The notes under the pieces were generated by a model that worked only from the letters and a program-made list of their open reading frames with translations, had not been told where the DNA came from and searched no databases. This document shows positions 26,214 through 36,159 of a stretch of 64,000 nt of DNA, one piece after another. The stretch spans positions 1-64,000 of the IMG/VR virus record IMGVR_UViG_3300033074_001936; one strand, written 5' to 3'. Position numbers and translations under genes: made by a program. The DNA comes from a virus. Lineage: Duplodnaviria > Caudoviricetes. How positions within the stretch are numbered: position 1 is the stretch's first letter; every line of letters begins with the position of its first letter.

Positions 26214-26794
26214 CCGATGAGCAGCCGCACGCGGCGGAGTTCTACGCGCAGCTCGCGCGCGCGGCGGAGAAGTGCGCTGCAAAGCATGACGTCATGGTCA
26301 AGATGCTCGATGCGCTCCGGCGCCGCCGTGGGCGCTTGTTTATCTTGGGCGTTGGGGGCGGGGCGGCCAATGCCGCGCACGCGGCCTGCGACTTCCGCAA
26401 GCTCTGCGGCATTGAGGCGTACGCGCCGACCGACGGCGTCGCCGAGGTCACTGCGCGGACCAATGATGACGGCTGGCGCACTATCTTTACAAGCTGGTTG
26501 CGCACGAGCGGCATAACTCAGGCTGACATGCTGCTGATCTTCTCGGTCGGTGGGGGCCATGCGAGTGTGAGCGTGTGCATCTACGAGGCGGTTCAGCTGG
26601 CGCGGCAGGTTGGGGCGCTGATGCTGGCCGTGGTGGGCCGCCCCGACGGCATCGCCGGGAGGCTCGCGGACGCCGCCGTCGTGGTCGATGCGCCCGACCG
26701 CTGGATCACCCCAATCACCGAGGCGGCGCAGATCGCAGTGCTCCACGCGCTCGTGAGCGATCCCCGATTGCAAATAGGAGAGACGAAGTGGTAG
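26210..26794 (+). CDS. SIS-domain phosphosugar isomerase (GmhA-like)
   Basis: GVGGGAANAAHAACD, TARTNDDGW, FSVGGG, EAAQIAVLH. Confidence 0.85.
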   Translation: MTDEQPHAAEFYAQLARAAEKCAAKHDVMVKMLDALRRRRGRLFILGVGGGAANAAHAACDFRKLCGIEAYAPTDGVAEVTARTNDDGWRTIFTSWLRTSGITQADMLLIFSVGGGHASVSVCIYEAVQLARQVGALMLAVVGRPDGIAGRLADAAVVVDAPDRWITPITEAAQIAVLHALVSDPRLQIGETKW

Positions 26795-27510
26795 CGCGCA
26801 AGTTCAACATCAAGATCTACGCGGATGGTGCGGACCTGCTCGCCATGCGGGCGCTTGCGGACGACCCCCTCATCGAAGGCTTCACCACCAACCCCTCCCT
26901 CATGCGGCGCGCGGGAGTGGGGGACTACGCGGCATTCGCGCGCGAGGCCCTCGCGATCGCGGGCGGGCGCCCAGTGTCGTTCGAGGTCCTCGCCGATGAC
27001 TTCGGAGAGATGCGGCGCCAAGCGGAGGTGATTGCCGGCTGGGGCGACGCAGCCTACGTCAAGATCCCGGTAATCGACAGTCGCGGCAATTCGGCCGCAC
27101 TTCTCATCGCGTCTTTGTTAAAAGCCGGCATCAAAGTCAATGTGACCGCCGTGTTCACGCATGCGCAAGTTGCGGAGCTCATGCGCGCTGTCCCGACTCA
27201 TGCTTCTCCGCTCATCATCTCCGTGTTTGCGGGCCGCATCTCGGACGCCGGGCGCAATCCCCTCGGCGAAGTTGTCCTTTGCGCATGGGAGGCGGGGCGC
27301 AGCAACTCAGGGGCTGTGGAGATGCTGTGGGCATCTCCCCGGCAAGTTTATGACGTGAAGATGGCGGCGCGAGCGGGCTGCTCAATCATCACCATGACCC
27401 CCGACCTCATCGCCAAGCTCCCCCTCATCGGCAAGGACTTGAATGAGTTCTCCCGCGAGACAGTCGAGATGTTCGCGCGCGACGCTCAGGCCGCCGGTTA
27501 CGTGATTTGA
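26788..27510 (+). CDS. Transaldolase (short FSA/TalC type)
   Basis: IYADGAD, GFTTNPSL, SFEV, YVKIP, VNVTAVF, ISVFAGRI, LWASPR. Confidence 0.9.
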   Translation: MVARKFNIKIYADGADLLAMRALADDPLIEGFTTNPSLMRRAGVGDYAAFAREALAIAGGRPVSFEVLADDFGEMRRQAEVIAGWGDAAYVKIPVIDSRGNSAALLIASLLKAGIKVNVTAVFTHAQVAELMRAVPTHASPLIISVFAGRISDAGRNPLGEVVLCAWEAGRSNSGAVEMLWASPRQVYDVKMAARAGCSIITMTPDLIAKLPLIGKDLNEFSRETVEMFARDAQAAGYVI

Positions 27511-27524
27511 GAGAGGAGGCGAGA

Positions 27525-27794
27525 ATGCCAAAGGGCCAGCATAAGTACGCCGACGTCAATCTGCTGCCGAGCGATGCTCCCCTGATCCAGCTCATGCGGC
27601 CCGAGCATGCCGCGGTCATGCGCCTGCCCGGCTCCCTCGGGGACAAGGCGCGGGCGCTTGGTGTTCCCATCGGCACGGTGCGGTCGCGGCTCCACCGCGC
27701 GCGGGCCCACTTGGTGCGCCTCCGCCTCGTGCGCGAGCTCGAGAATAAAGTGCGCGCCGAGTGCGCCGCCGGGGAGGATGCAGATGCTCCTTGA
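27525..27794 (+). CDS. Sigma region-4-like HTH protein
   Basis: ARALGVPIGTVRSRLHRARAHL. Confidence 0.7.
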   Translation: MPKGQHKYADVNLLPSDAPLIQLMRPEHAAVMRLPGSLGDKARALGVPIGTVRSRLHRARAHLVRLRLVRELENKVRAECAAGEDADAP

Positions 27795-29325
27795 TCATCA
27801 TCGCGCGAAGATCGTTCAGCCCGACGTGCTCGCCGGCTTGCTCGGGCAGCGGCCGCGCGAGCGGTCCGTAGTCATGTGCCATGGGGTATTCGATGTTGTC
27901 CACCCGGGACATCTGCGGCACTTGCTTTACGCCAAATCAAAGGCGCCTATACTTGTATGCTCGTTGACGGCCGACCGCTGGATCAGCAAGGGGCCTTATC
28001 GCCCGCATGTGCCGGAGTCTTTGCGGGCTGCAAATTTAGCGCTCCTTGATATTGTTGATTATGTCGTCATTGATGACTGCGCGGAGCCGTCAGGGCTCAT
28101 CGCTCGCATTCGACCCGACATCTATGCCAAGGGGTTCGAGTATTCGCCAGCGTCGCGCCCCCGGCGGGTTGCCGAGGCGGCGGCGGTCGAGGCTTACGGT
28201 GGAGAAGTTCTATTCACCCCCGGCGATGTTGTTTATTCATCATCGGCGCTGATCGAGCGCGATGCCCCCGACCTGCGATGGGACAAGCTCGCGATCATCA
28301 TGCGGCGTGCCGAGCTCACCTTCGATGCGCTACGCCATGCGGTTGCGGGACTGCGCGGGGTCGCGGCGCATATTGTCGGCGATTCAATCGTCGACGTACT
28401 CACGCGGGGCGAAATGATCGGGGCGAATGCCAAGACACCAACTATGTCGGTGCGCCGCGTGGGGCATGATCGTTTTGTAGGCGGGGCCGCTATTGTTGCC
28501 TTGCATGCGCGAGCGGCCGGCGCGCAAGTGCAGTTCAGTACCATCCTCGGTGATGATTGGGGCGGGGAGTTCATCTTGACATCGCTGCAAGCGGCCGGGG
28601 TCGATGTGCATCCACTCATCGAGCGGGCGCGCCCGACAACCATCAAGGAGGCGATCATTGTTGATGGCTACCGCCTCCTTAAGATTGACACCGTCGATAA
28701 TCGCCCGATTTCGGATGGGGTGCTCGCGCGCTTGTGCGATCAAGTGCGCGGAACGGCTCCCGGCCGCGCCGCCGTCGTGTTCTCCGACTTTCGTCACGGC
28801 ATCTTCAATGCGCGGACTATTCCGGCGTTGATTGCTGCGATCCCGCGGTCCGCGCTTCGAGTTGCCGACTCGCAGGTCGCCAGCCGCTGGGGAAACATCC
28901 TTCAATTCGAGCAGTTCGATTTGATTGCCGCGAATGAGCGCGAGGCGCGCTTCGCCCTCGGTGATCAAGACTCCGGCGTGCGCCCGCTGGCGGCAAACCT
29001 TTATGAAGCGGCATGCTGCTCCTACCTCTTGCTCAAGCTCGGCGCGCGCGGCATGCTCGGATTCGCCCCCGGAGAGAATGATACCGAGCGTTCATTTGCC
29101 CTCGACTCATTCGTCGACACCGCAGTCGATGCTGTGGGGGCGGGAGATGCCCTCCTCGCGTATGGATCGCTCGCTCTCACATCGGGTGCATCTTTTCCAG
29201 CGGCCGCAATCATCGGCGCTCTCGCCGCCGCTGCGGAGTGCGAGTATGATGGAAATATCCCGATCACCCCCGATCATGTTCTGGCAAAGATTGATGCAGC
29301 CGAGCGCGGGGTCGGCGCATTGTAA
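27778..29325 (+). CDS. Bifunctional nucleotidyltransferase/PfkB kinase (HldE/RfaE-like, transferase domain first)
   Basis: HGVFDVVHPGHLRHL, KG..RP, PDIYAKG, SSS; then VGDSIVD, GGAAIVA, SDFRHG, NERE, DAVGAGD. Confidence 0.9.
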   Translation: MQMLLDHHRAKIVQPDVLAGLLGQRPRERSVVMCHGVFDVVHPGHLRHLLYAKSKAPILVCSLTADRWISKGPYRPHVPESLRAANLALLDIVDYVVIDDCAEPSGLIARIRPDIYAKGFEYSPASRPRRVAEAAAVEAYGGEVLFTPGDVVYSSSALIERDAPDLRWDKLAIIMRRAELTFDALRHAVAGLRGVAAHIVGDSIVDVLTRGEMIGANAKTPTMSVRRVGHDRFVGGAAIVALHARAAGAQVQFSTILGDDWGGEFILTSLQAAGVDVHPLIERARPTTIKEAIIVDGYRLLKIDTVDNRPISDGVLARLCDQVRGTAPGRAAVVFSDFRHGIFNARTIPALIAAIPRSALRVADSQVASRWGNILQFEQFDLIAANEREARFALGDQDSGVRPLAANLYEAACCSYLLLKLGARGMLGFAPGENDTERSFALDSFVDTAVDAVGAGDALLAYGSLALTSGASFPAAAIIGALAAAAECEYDGNIPITPDHVLAKIDAAERGVGAL

Positions 29326-29351
29326 ATGAAATACCGCAAGGAGAAAAGTAC

Positions 29352-30434
29352 ATGCGAATCTTGATAACGGGCGGCGCCGGGTATGTGGGAAGTAAGCTTG
29401 TGCCTGCTCTGTTGCAAGATGGCCATAGAGTCATCGTCTTCGACACCTTCTGGTTCGGGGATTACTTGCCGGCGGCTGGTGGCGGCAATGACCTTGCAAA
29501 GATCGAAGGAGACATTCGCGATGTCGATGCATTGCGGGCAACATTCTCCCGTGCGGGGGTCGATGTCGTTATTCACTTGGCATGCCTGAGCAATGATCCC
29601 TCATCGGAGATCGACAAAGAGTTGACCAAGGCGATCAATCTGGACGCCTTCATCCCGCTCGTCGAACTAGCGCGCCGCGCAGGGGTGCGCCGCTTCATCA
29701 ATTGTTCGACCTCATCGGTCTATGGTGTCTCTGATGCACCGGATGTGCGCGAAGATCACCCCCACGTCCCGCTGACCTTATACAATACCTACAAGTCGCA
29801 ATGCGAAGAACGGTTCTCCGCATTCTTCGACTCCATGGAATGTGTTACTATTCGTCCTTCGACCATCTGCGGATATGCGCCGCGGCAGCGCCTGGACTTG
29901 GCTGTAAACATCCTCACAAACCTCGCCTACCACAAGGGCATCATCACTGTGTTCGGCGGGCAACAGCTGCGCCCTAACTTGCACATCGATGATATGGTGG
30001 ATTGCTATCGCGCGCTGCTCAACGCGCCCGTCGACAAGATTGCGGGGGAGACTTTCAATGTCGGCGCCGGCAATATCTCAATCGCCGACTTAGCGCATAT
30101 GGTCGCCTGCGAAGTCGGCGCCCGCATCAGCCGCGCCGTCGAGATCGAGACCAAGCCAATCAATGATGAGCGGTCTTATCAAGTGAACAGTGAAAAGATC
30201 GCCCAAGTCCTCGACTTTGTACCGCAGCGTACCGTGCAGCAAGCCATTCATGATCTGGTCGATGCGTTTCAGGGTGGCTTGCTGCCGGATGCGATGGCCG
30301 ACAGTCGATACTACAATGTCAAGCGCATGAAGGAAGTGCATGCCGAGCTTTACCGCGATGCTCCGCCGTCGGCATTCCGCCCCGAGGATGGAGTATTGAG
30401 CGAAATAGACATGCGCCGGGGGGCGCGCGCATGA
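29352..30434 (+). CDS. NAD-dependent nucleotide-sugar epimerase/dehydratase
   Basis: ITGGAGYVG, HLACLSNDP, STSSVYG, YNTYK, RPNLHIDD. Confidence 0.9.
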   Translation: MRILITGGAGYVGSKLVPALLQDGHRVIVFDTFWFGDYLPAAGGGNDLAKIEGDIRDVDALRATFSRAGVDVVIHLACLSNDPSSEIDKELTKAINLDAFIPLVELARRAGVRRFINCSTSSVYGVSDAPDVREDHPHVPLTLYNTYKSQCEERFSAFFDSMECVTIRPSTICGYAPRQRLDLAVNILTNLAYHKGIITVFGGQQLRPNLHIDDMVDCYRALLNAPVDKIAGETFNVGAGNISIADLAHMVACEVGARISRAVEIETKPINDERSYQVNSEKIAQVLDFVPQRTVQQAIHDLVDAFQGGLLPDAMADSRYYNVKRMKEVHAELYRDAPPSAFRPEDGVLSEIDMRRGARA

Positions 30435-31111
30435 TCGCACCCATCAGAGCGGCATTCCTCGGCGATACTCATCTCGCGCAGACCCTTCGGCGCGCTGCTG
30501 AGCTGCGGGGCATTGCCCCTGCGGAAGGCCCTCAACCTAATCTTATCTTCATTGCGCGGGACATCACCGAGCATTCCGCGTTGGAAGAAGTTAATGCCGA
30601 TGTGGAGCGCGTGGTTTGTGGAGAAGCGCCTCAAGCCCTCATCATTGCGAGTCAAGTTCCACCCGGGTATGCGCGCCGCCTGCGCGAGCGCTCATTTGCG
30701 TTTCCGATCTTTACGCAAGTCGACACAATCATCATGCGCCAGGCCCTTGCGCGCGCATCTGCGCCCGAGCAATTTATCATCGGGTGCGCAGACCCGGAGG
30801 CGCCCCTACCACTCGCCTATCAGGAGTATTTGCTGGCGCACGAGGCGCCGGTGCGTCAGATGTCTTATGAGTCGGCGGAAGTCGCCAAGCTCGCCATCAA
30901 CTACATGCTCATGAAGCAGATCGAGGCAGCAAACGATCTCGCAGTGGTAGCGCGGATCGTCGGGGCTGATTACGCGGATGTGCGGGCGGCGATGATGGGC
31001 GATGCTCGCATCGGGCCGCATGCGTATCTGCGGCCGGGCAAGACCAATCAACATTTGAACCGTGATATCGCTACGGTTCGCGCGCTGCTCGAGGGAATGC
31101 GCTATGGGTGA
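30431..31111 (+). CDS. Truncated UDP-glucose/GDP-mannose dehydrogenase-like protein
   Basis: SQVPPG, MSYESAEVAKLAIN, DARIG..AYLRPG; no GxGxxG and no catalytic GGxC. Confidence 0.65.
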   Translation: MIAPIRAAFLGDTHLAQTLRRAAELRGIAPAEGPQPNLIFIARDITEHSALEEVNADVERVVCGEAPQALIIASQVPPGYARRLRERSFAFPIFTQVDTIIMRQALARASAPEQFIIGCADPEAPLPLAYQEYLLAHEAPVRQMSYESAEVAKLAINYMLMKQIEAANDLAVVARIVGADYADVRAAMMGDARIGPHAYLRPGKTNQHLNRDIATVRALLEGMRYG

Positions 31112-31760
31112 ATACGTCAATCTTTTGCACGCGCTCCCGCGCGCATCGCGCGATGTGCGGGCGCGCGCGGCCGATAAGACCCCCGAGGTTGTCGCCATCG
31201 CCAAGCGCTATGGTAGCGAGTACTTCGACGGTGATCGTAAATTCGGCTACGGCGGTTACGGTTATGATGGGCGGTGGGGTCCAGTCGCGCGGGACATCAT
31301 TGCACACTACGGACTGGCGGGGAAGCGGGCCAAGGTGCTCGATGTGGGCTGCGCAAAGGGCTTCTTGGTTTATGATTTGCTCACCCTCGATCACGTTGAC
31401 GCTTACGGCCTCGATATCTCGCGTTATGCCTTGGATAACTGCCCGCCTGCATGCGTGGGGCGATTGCACTTGGGTGCGGCCGACTCCCTGCCGTTCCCTG
31501 ATCGCTCATTTGATTTGGTGTTATCCATCAACACCCTGCATAACTTGCCCTACCCGCGGCTGCTCCGAGCATTGCGCGAGATCGCCCGCGTGGCGCGCGG
31601 TCCCGCATTTGTACAAGTCGATGCATACCGCACCGCGGAGGAGAAGGCCCGCTTCGAGGACTGGGTACTGACGGCGGAGTGGGTCGGGCATCCGGACGAG
31701 TGGTTGGCCGCATTTGCAGCCGCTGGGTACGATGGGGACTACTGTTGGACAATTGCTTGA
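31104..31760 (+). CDS. Class I SAM-dependent methyltransferase
   Basis: YFDGDRKFGYGGY.YDGRW, LDVGCAKG, LPFPDRSFDLVLSINTLHNL. Confidence 0.9.
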   Translation: MGEYVNLLHALPRASRDVRARAADKTPEVVAIAKRYGSEYFDGDRKFGYGGYGYDGRWGPVARDIIAHYGLAGKRAKVLDVGCAKGFLVYDLLTLDHVDAYGLDISRYALDNCPPACVGRLHLGAADSLPFPDRSFDLVLSINTLHNLPYPRLLRALREIARVARGPAFVQVDAYRTAEEKARFEDWVLTAEWVGHPDEWLAAFAAAGYDGDYCWTIA

Positions 31761-31773
31761 TGGGAAAGAAGAT

Positions 31774-32787
31774 ATGAGGATGGGAAAGGTGTACTGCATA
31801 CTGGGTGGGGGCGGGGCGTTCGCCCTCCATACTGCCCACCACATCTTGGACACCCTCGATAATGCTCGGGTGGTGGGTATCGGACGCAACCCTCTGCGCC
31901 CGAGCGCCTTTACTCTTGGCATCGAGCGCCGGATGCCTCGATTTGAATACAAACCCTTTCACGTCGGGCATGAGACTGACTTGTTACTGGAGTATTTGGA
32001 TGAACTCCAGCCGGATGTAATCATCAACTTTGCGGCGCAGGGTGAGGGGGCCGCATCATGGAGACATTCGTGGCGATTTTTTGACACGAATGCGACCGCG
32101 CTCGCGCGCCTGCATGAGGTGCTCTCCGAGCGAGACTGGGCCATGGGCGGTCACTTCATCCAGATCGGGACTTCCGAGCTCTACGGCTCGGTCGATGAGC
32201 CTGTTAATGAAGATGCCCCGATCCGGTCATCGAGCCCATACTCGGCATCTAAGGCCGCCTTCGATCTCTACTTGCTCGCTCTCGCGCGCGCCGGCCGCGG
32301 CATGCCGACGACAATCCTGCGCCCATCGAATGCTTACTGCTCGGGGCAGCTCTTGCATCGGATCATCCCGCGGGCCATCGTCGCGGGGCTGATGGGGCGC
32401 CGCATCCCTCTCCACGGAGGTGGCGCCGCGCGCAAGTCGTACATTCATGCCGAGGATCTCGCGCGCGCTATCCTGCTTGTTTCCGCCATGCCGCGGGCAT
32501 TTGGGCGAGTCTACAACGTCGGGCCTGCCGCGCCGACTGCAATCAGTGAAGTTGCCATGCGATGCGCCGCCGCTGTGGGGGTAGCGTTCGCCGATATGTT
32601 TGAGGATGCGCCGGAACGCGTTGGGCAGGACTCATGCTATTGGCTCGACTCTTCAGCCATCGCCCGCGACTTTGGCTGGCAGCCCTTAGTTGATTGGGAT
32701 GTAGGGCTCGCCGATGTTGTGAGCTGGGCGCGGCATAATTTGAATGTACTGGGCGATTGGCCCACCGATTACCAGCTGAGGGCATGA
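31774..32787 (+). CDS. NDP-sugar 4,6-dehydratase-like extended SDR
   Basis: NFAAQG, GTSELYGS, PYSASKAA, RPSNAY, GQLLHRIIP, SYIHAED. Confidence 0.88.
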   Translation: MRMGKVYCILGGGGAFALHTAHHILDTLDNARVVGIGRNPLRPSAFTLGIERRMPRFEYKPFHVGHETDLLLEYLDELQPDVIINFAAQGEGAASWRHSWRFFDTNATALARLHEVLSERDWAMGGHFIQIGTSELYGSVDEPVNEDAPIRSSSPYSASKAAFDLYLLALARAGRGMPTTILRPSNAYCSGQLLHRIIPRAIVAGLMGRRIPLHGGGAARKSYIHAEDLARAILLVSAMPRAFGRVYNVGPAAPTAISEVAMRCAAAVGVAFADMFEDAPERVGQDSCYWLDSSAIARDFGWQPLVDWDVGLADVVSWARHNLNVLGDWPTDYQLRA

Positions 32788-32793
32788 AGTCCG

Positions 32794-33618
32794 ATGGAGT
32801 CCTCCTCCGCTACTCGCTGCCGCCGCTATCGGCGTCGCATCCTCGAGATCTCGCAGCAGGTGGATGCCGCGCATGTCGCGCCGGCATTCTCCTGTATCGA
32901 GATCGTCGACGCGCTTTATCATGAAGTCATGCGACCGCAAGATATCTTCATCATGTCCAAAGGTCATGGCTGCCTCGCGCAGTATGTAGTACTTGAAGAT
33001 CGCGAGTGGCCCACTCGCAGCCGTGAGAGCAAGCATGAGCGCCTCCTTGACAGGTATTGCGCGGGGGGAAAGTTGGGGGCACACCCGGATCGCAATCGAG
33101 CTCTCGGCATTCATGCCTCGACCGGTTCGCTCGGTCACGGGCTGGGTATCGCGGCCGGGCAAGCGCTCGCGGAGAAGATGCAAAACACTGATGCGCGAGT
33201 ATACGTCTTGCTCTCTGATGGTGAGTGCCAAGAGGGATCGACGTGGGAGGCCGCGATGGTGGCGGCGAACTTGGGGCTCGGCAACCTTGTGGCGCTGGTC
33301 GATTATAATGACTTCACCGGCATGGATCGCATGAGCGCGAAGCACCCGGCCCTTGCCCCGCTCGCGGCCAAATTCTCTGCATTCGCCTGGGATGTTCCGG
33401 TTTCGATTGTCGATGGCCATCAATCTCATGAAATCGTGGGGTCAATTCGCATGGCGGAGTGGTATGGCGCGAGGCCCGGTGCGATTGTGTTTCGCACCAT
33501 CAAAGGCAAGGGGGTCTCATTCATTGAGAATGACCCAATATGGCACTACCGGTCCCCCTCCCCGGAGGAGTATCAAGCCGCATTGGAGGAGCTATGCGAC
33601 TCCGACTCCTCGATTTGA
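32794..33618 (+). CDS. Transketolase, N-terminal (ThDP-binding) subunit
   Basis: SKGHG, GAHP, STGSLGHGLG, SDGECQEGSTWEA, DGH, TIKGKG..WHY. Confidence 0.92.
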   Translation: MESSSATRCRRYRRRILEISQQVDAAHVAPAFSCIEIVDALYHEVMRPQDIFIMSKGHGCLAQYVVLEDREWPTRSRESKHERLLDRYCAGGKLGAHPDRNRALGIHASTGSLGHGLGIAAGQALAEKMQNTDARVYVLLSDGECQEGSTWEAAMVAANLGLGNLVALVDYNDFTGMDRMSAKHPALAPLAAKFSAFAWDVPVSIVDGHQSHEIVGSIRMAEWYGARPGAIVFRTIKGKGVSFIENDPIWHYRSPSPEEYQAALEELCDSDSSI

Positions 33619-33749
33619 GGCCTGATTACTATCGCCCGCATCGGCTGCTGCGCTGCCTTTGGTTCGGCTGGCGTCGAGGAATGATTTTGCGGATTTGGTC
33701 GCGGCAAGTTGATTTATTCTGGGGCCGCGCCCCGAATGAGAGGTCTTGA
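33594..33749 (+). CDS. Small hypothetical protein between the transketolase halves
   Basis: GGAGGAG RBS; Arg/Trp-rich 51 aa. Confidence 0.4.
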   Translation: MRLRLLDLRPDYYRPHRLLRCLWFGWRRGMILRIWSRQVDLFWGRAPNERS

Positions 33750-33750
33750 A

Positions 33751-34674
33751 ATGCGCAATGCCCTTGCCCGCGCGCTTTTTGCTGAGGCGCAGAAGGATGA
33801 GCGCATCTGCGTGCTGGTCGCGGACATCTCCCCGGCCGGTGCTATGGATGACTTTCGGCGCGAGTTTCCGCAGCGGTTCATCAACGTCGGAGTCGCCGAG
33901 CAAGCGATGATCGGCCTTGCAGCCGGCCTCGCCGCGCGCGGGTTCAAGCCGTTCTGTTATACTATCGCGACGTTTGCGCTTTTCCGCCCTTATGAGTTCA
34001 TACGATGCGACTTGGCATATCAAAATTTGCCTGTGACTGTTGTCGGTATGGGGGCGGGCCTGTCCTACCCGACGCTCGGAGGCACGCATCAAGCCATCGA
34101 TGATGTCGCCGCCGCTTGCGCCATGCCGAATCTCACAGTTCTCACCCCGAGCGGACCGAATGAAGTCGCCCAATGTGTGCGATGGTGCGCGGAGCGCGAG
34201 TCGGGCGGTCCTATTTATATGCGCCTCGGCAAGGCGGGAGAAGCTGATGTCGATGTCCAGCGCTCGGAAGGTAAGTTTCCTTGCAGCGTGCAATGGATTC
34301 ATGTGTCTCCGTCGGATTGCCTCATTATCTCCTACGGCCCTATCACGACTGAGGCGCTCGAAGTCGCGCGGATGATCAGTGCAGATATGATGACCGTGGC
34401 GCAGGTTCGCCCGCTGCCCCCTCAACTTGGTGATATTATGCGCAGATACAAGCGCGTGGTTGTGATTGAGGAAGCGACCGGCGCCCCCCTCGGGGCTGCG
34501 CTACGAGCTTGTAATCACGGTGGGGGGAGCATCGAAACATTTGCGCTGCCGGAGGGTTTTCCGCATATTATCCGGGCAACGCGGGGGAAGATGCTCCTTG
34601 AGGTTGGACTGACCGCCTATGCGATACTCACCAAGATGGAGAGACGTAGTCATGGCAACGCAGAACTGGACTGA
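33751..34674 (+). CDS. Transketolase, C-terminal (pyrimidine-binding) subunit
   Basis: RFINVGVAEQAMIGLAAGLA, RPYEFIR, GGTHQ, YMRLG. Confidence 0.92.
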   Translation: MRNALARALFAEAQKDERICVLVADISPAGAMDDFRREFPQRFINVGVAEQAMIGLAAGLAARGFKPFCYTIATFALFRPYEFIRCDLAYQNLPVTVVGMGAGLSYPTLGGTHQAIDDVAAACAMPNLTVLTPSGPNEVAQCVRWCAERESGGPIYMRLGKAGEADVDVQRSEGKFPCSVQWIHVSPSDCLIISYGPITTEALEVARMISADMMTVAQVRPLPPQLGDIMRRYKRVVVIEEATGAPLGAALRACNHGGGSIETFALPEGFPHIIRATRGKMLLEVGLTAYAILTKMERRSHGNAELD

Positions 34675-34870
34675 AGAAGAAATTGATACTTTGCGCAAGA
34701 TGGCCGCCGCCGGCGTTGCGCCGCCCGTGATCGCGCACGCCCTCAAGCGGACTAAGAACTCGGTCATTGGTCGGGCCCATAGGCTCGGCATCAACTTCAT
34801 TTTCCTTCGCCGCCAACTTCGTCGAAACAGGCGGCCCGAGAATGTCGATGATGTCACCCGGATCGCTTAA
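34652..34870 (+). CDS. GcrA-like N-terminal HTH protein
   Basis: WTEEEIDTLRKM..G.....IAHALKRTKNSVIGRAHRLG. Confidence 0.75.
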   Translation: MATQNWTEEEIDTLRKMAAAGVAPPVIAHALKRTKNSVIGRAHRLGINFIFLRRQLRRNRRPENVDDVTRIA

Positions 34871-34961
34871 GCATGTCCCGCGGCGCGGAGTGGCGGCGGC
34901 GAAGGAACTGCGGCGCATGGGACTCGATGTCATATCGGCGCCCAAAGATGAGGAGCAAATC

Positions 34962-35243
34962 ATGAGCAATGATGTCAAGCAAGTCGCTGATGTCGCGCGC
35001 GAGATCGCCGATGTCGGGCGCCGCGCCCGCGCGGTCGCCGATGAGCTTCGCGGCAACTTGGCGGCAGTGGGCGAAGCGCTCGAGATTGCGGAGGGCGTAT
35101 CAAAGGCTCTCCGGGATGCGGGCGCCGAGCTTCGTGGAGTTCTCGGCGCCCAGACGAATAACCCTCCTTCCGAGTCTCCTGTCGGCGGTGATGCTGGCGG
35201 TACTGTTGGTGGCCCTCGTGGTGGCGGCGGCATTACTGGATGA
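34962..35243 (+). CDS. Coiled-coil hypothetical protein
   Basis: GAGGAG RBS; helical composition. Confidence 0.5.
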   Translation: MSNDVKQVADVAREIADVGRRARAVADELRGNLAAVGEALEIAEGVSKALRDAGAELRGVLGAQTNNPPSESPVGGDAGGTVGGPRGGGGITG

Positions 35244-35511
35244 TAATGAGGGGCGCCCCGAGCGCATCTACTTTGCCCTCCCCTCGGCCCCGCTCGCATT
35301 CCCGCCGCCCGCGCGGGCGTGGGAAGTGGAGGGGGAGGTCGTTTTATCGCGCGAGCGCCCGCGCCATGCGCGGCAGGTTGGGCAAAAAGCGGCGCCGGCT
35401 CCGCGCCCCCGGAAGGCGCAGCCCGCGCGCTCGAAGGGGAAGGGGCGGCCGCTCTGCATTGTGCCGCGCGCCTATGGGCTCTGCAATTGAAGCAAGGGAG
35501 GAGGAGTAGTT

Positions 35512-36159
35512 ATGAAAGCAGTCGACCCGCGAGATTATGCATATGAGCATGCCCACGGCGGCATGTCACGTCAAGCTTATGAAGACGATCCCAAACGTCT
35601 CGCCTTCACCCTTGCGCGCTACAAGCATACTGCCAAGCTCCTCGAGGGGTTCGCAAACATCCTCGAAGTGGGATGCGGCGATGGATTCGGGACGCGCATT
35701 GTGCGTCAGCATGTGGGGGCGCTGACAGCAATTGATACTGATGAGCGCTCCATACAAGAGGCTCGCATTGCCTCGAGCTCGAGGTGGCCGGTCGCATTCA
35801 TTGTCGAAGATGTGCGCTCGGCATTCGCCCCCGGGGCGAGCGGGCAGGAGTTCGATGCGGTTTATTCATTGGATGTGCTCGAGCACATCTCCCCCGATGA
35901 TGAGTTCTTGCGCGCACTCGTGCGGGCGGCACCCATCGCCGTGATCGGGACTCCATCGAAGGAGTCGCAGCAGTTCGCATCGCCGCCGAGCCGCGCCGGT
36001 CACGTCAACTGCTATTCGGGGGATGAGCTGCGCGCGCGCCTGCTTAAGTATTGGGATCGAGTATTTTTGTTTACCATGCATGATGAGATCCTCGGGACGA
36101 GTTTCCTCCCGATGGCGCAATACTTGCTGGCGCTCTGCGTTGGCCGGCGCATTCGCTGA
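35512..36159 (+). CDS. Class I SAM-dependent methyltransferase
   Basis: LARYK, LEVGCGDGFG, FDAVYSLDVLEH, GTPS, GHVN. Confidence 0.88.
   Translation: MKAVDPRDYAYEHAHGGMSRQAYEDDPKRLAFTLARYKHTAKLLEGFANILEVGCGDGFGTRIVRQHVGALTAIDTDERSIQEARIASSSRWPVAFIVEDVRSAFAPGASGQEFDAVYSLDVLEHISPDDEFLRALVRAAPIAVIGTPSKESQQFASPPSRAGHVNCYSGDELRARLLKYWDRVFLFTMHDEILGTSFLPMAQYLLALCVGRRIR

Noticed and set aside
26788-34674. Transaldolase/transketolase as pentose-phosphate auxiliary metabolic genes
   Set aside because: The context (SIS, HldE-like, epimerases, methyltransferases) and the short split forms point to sugar biosynthesis; no zwf or gnd seen
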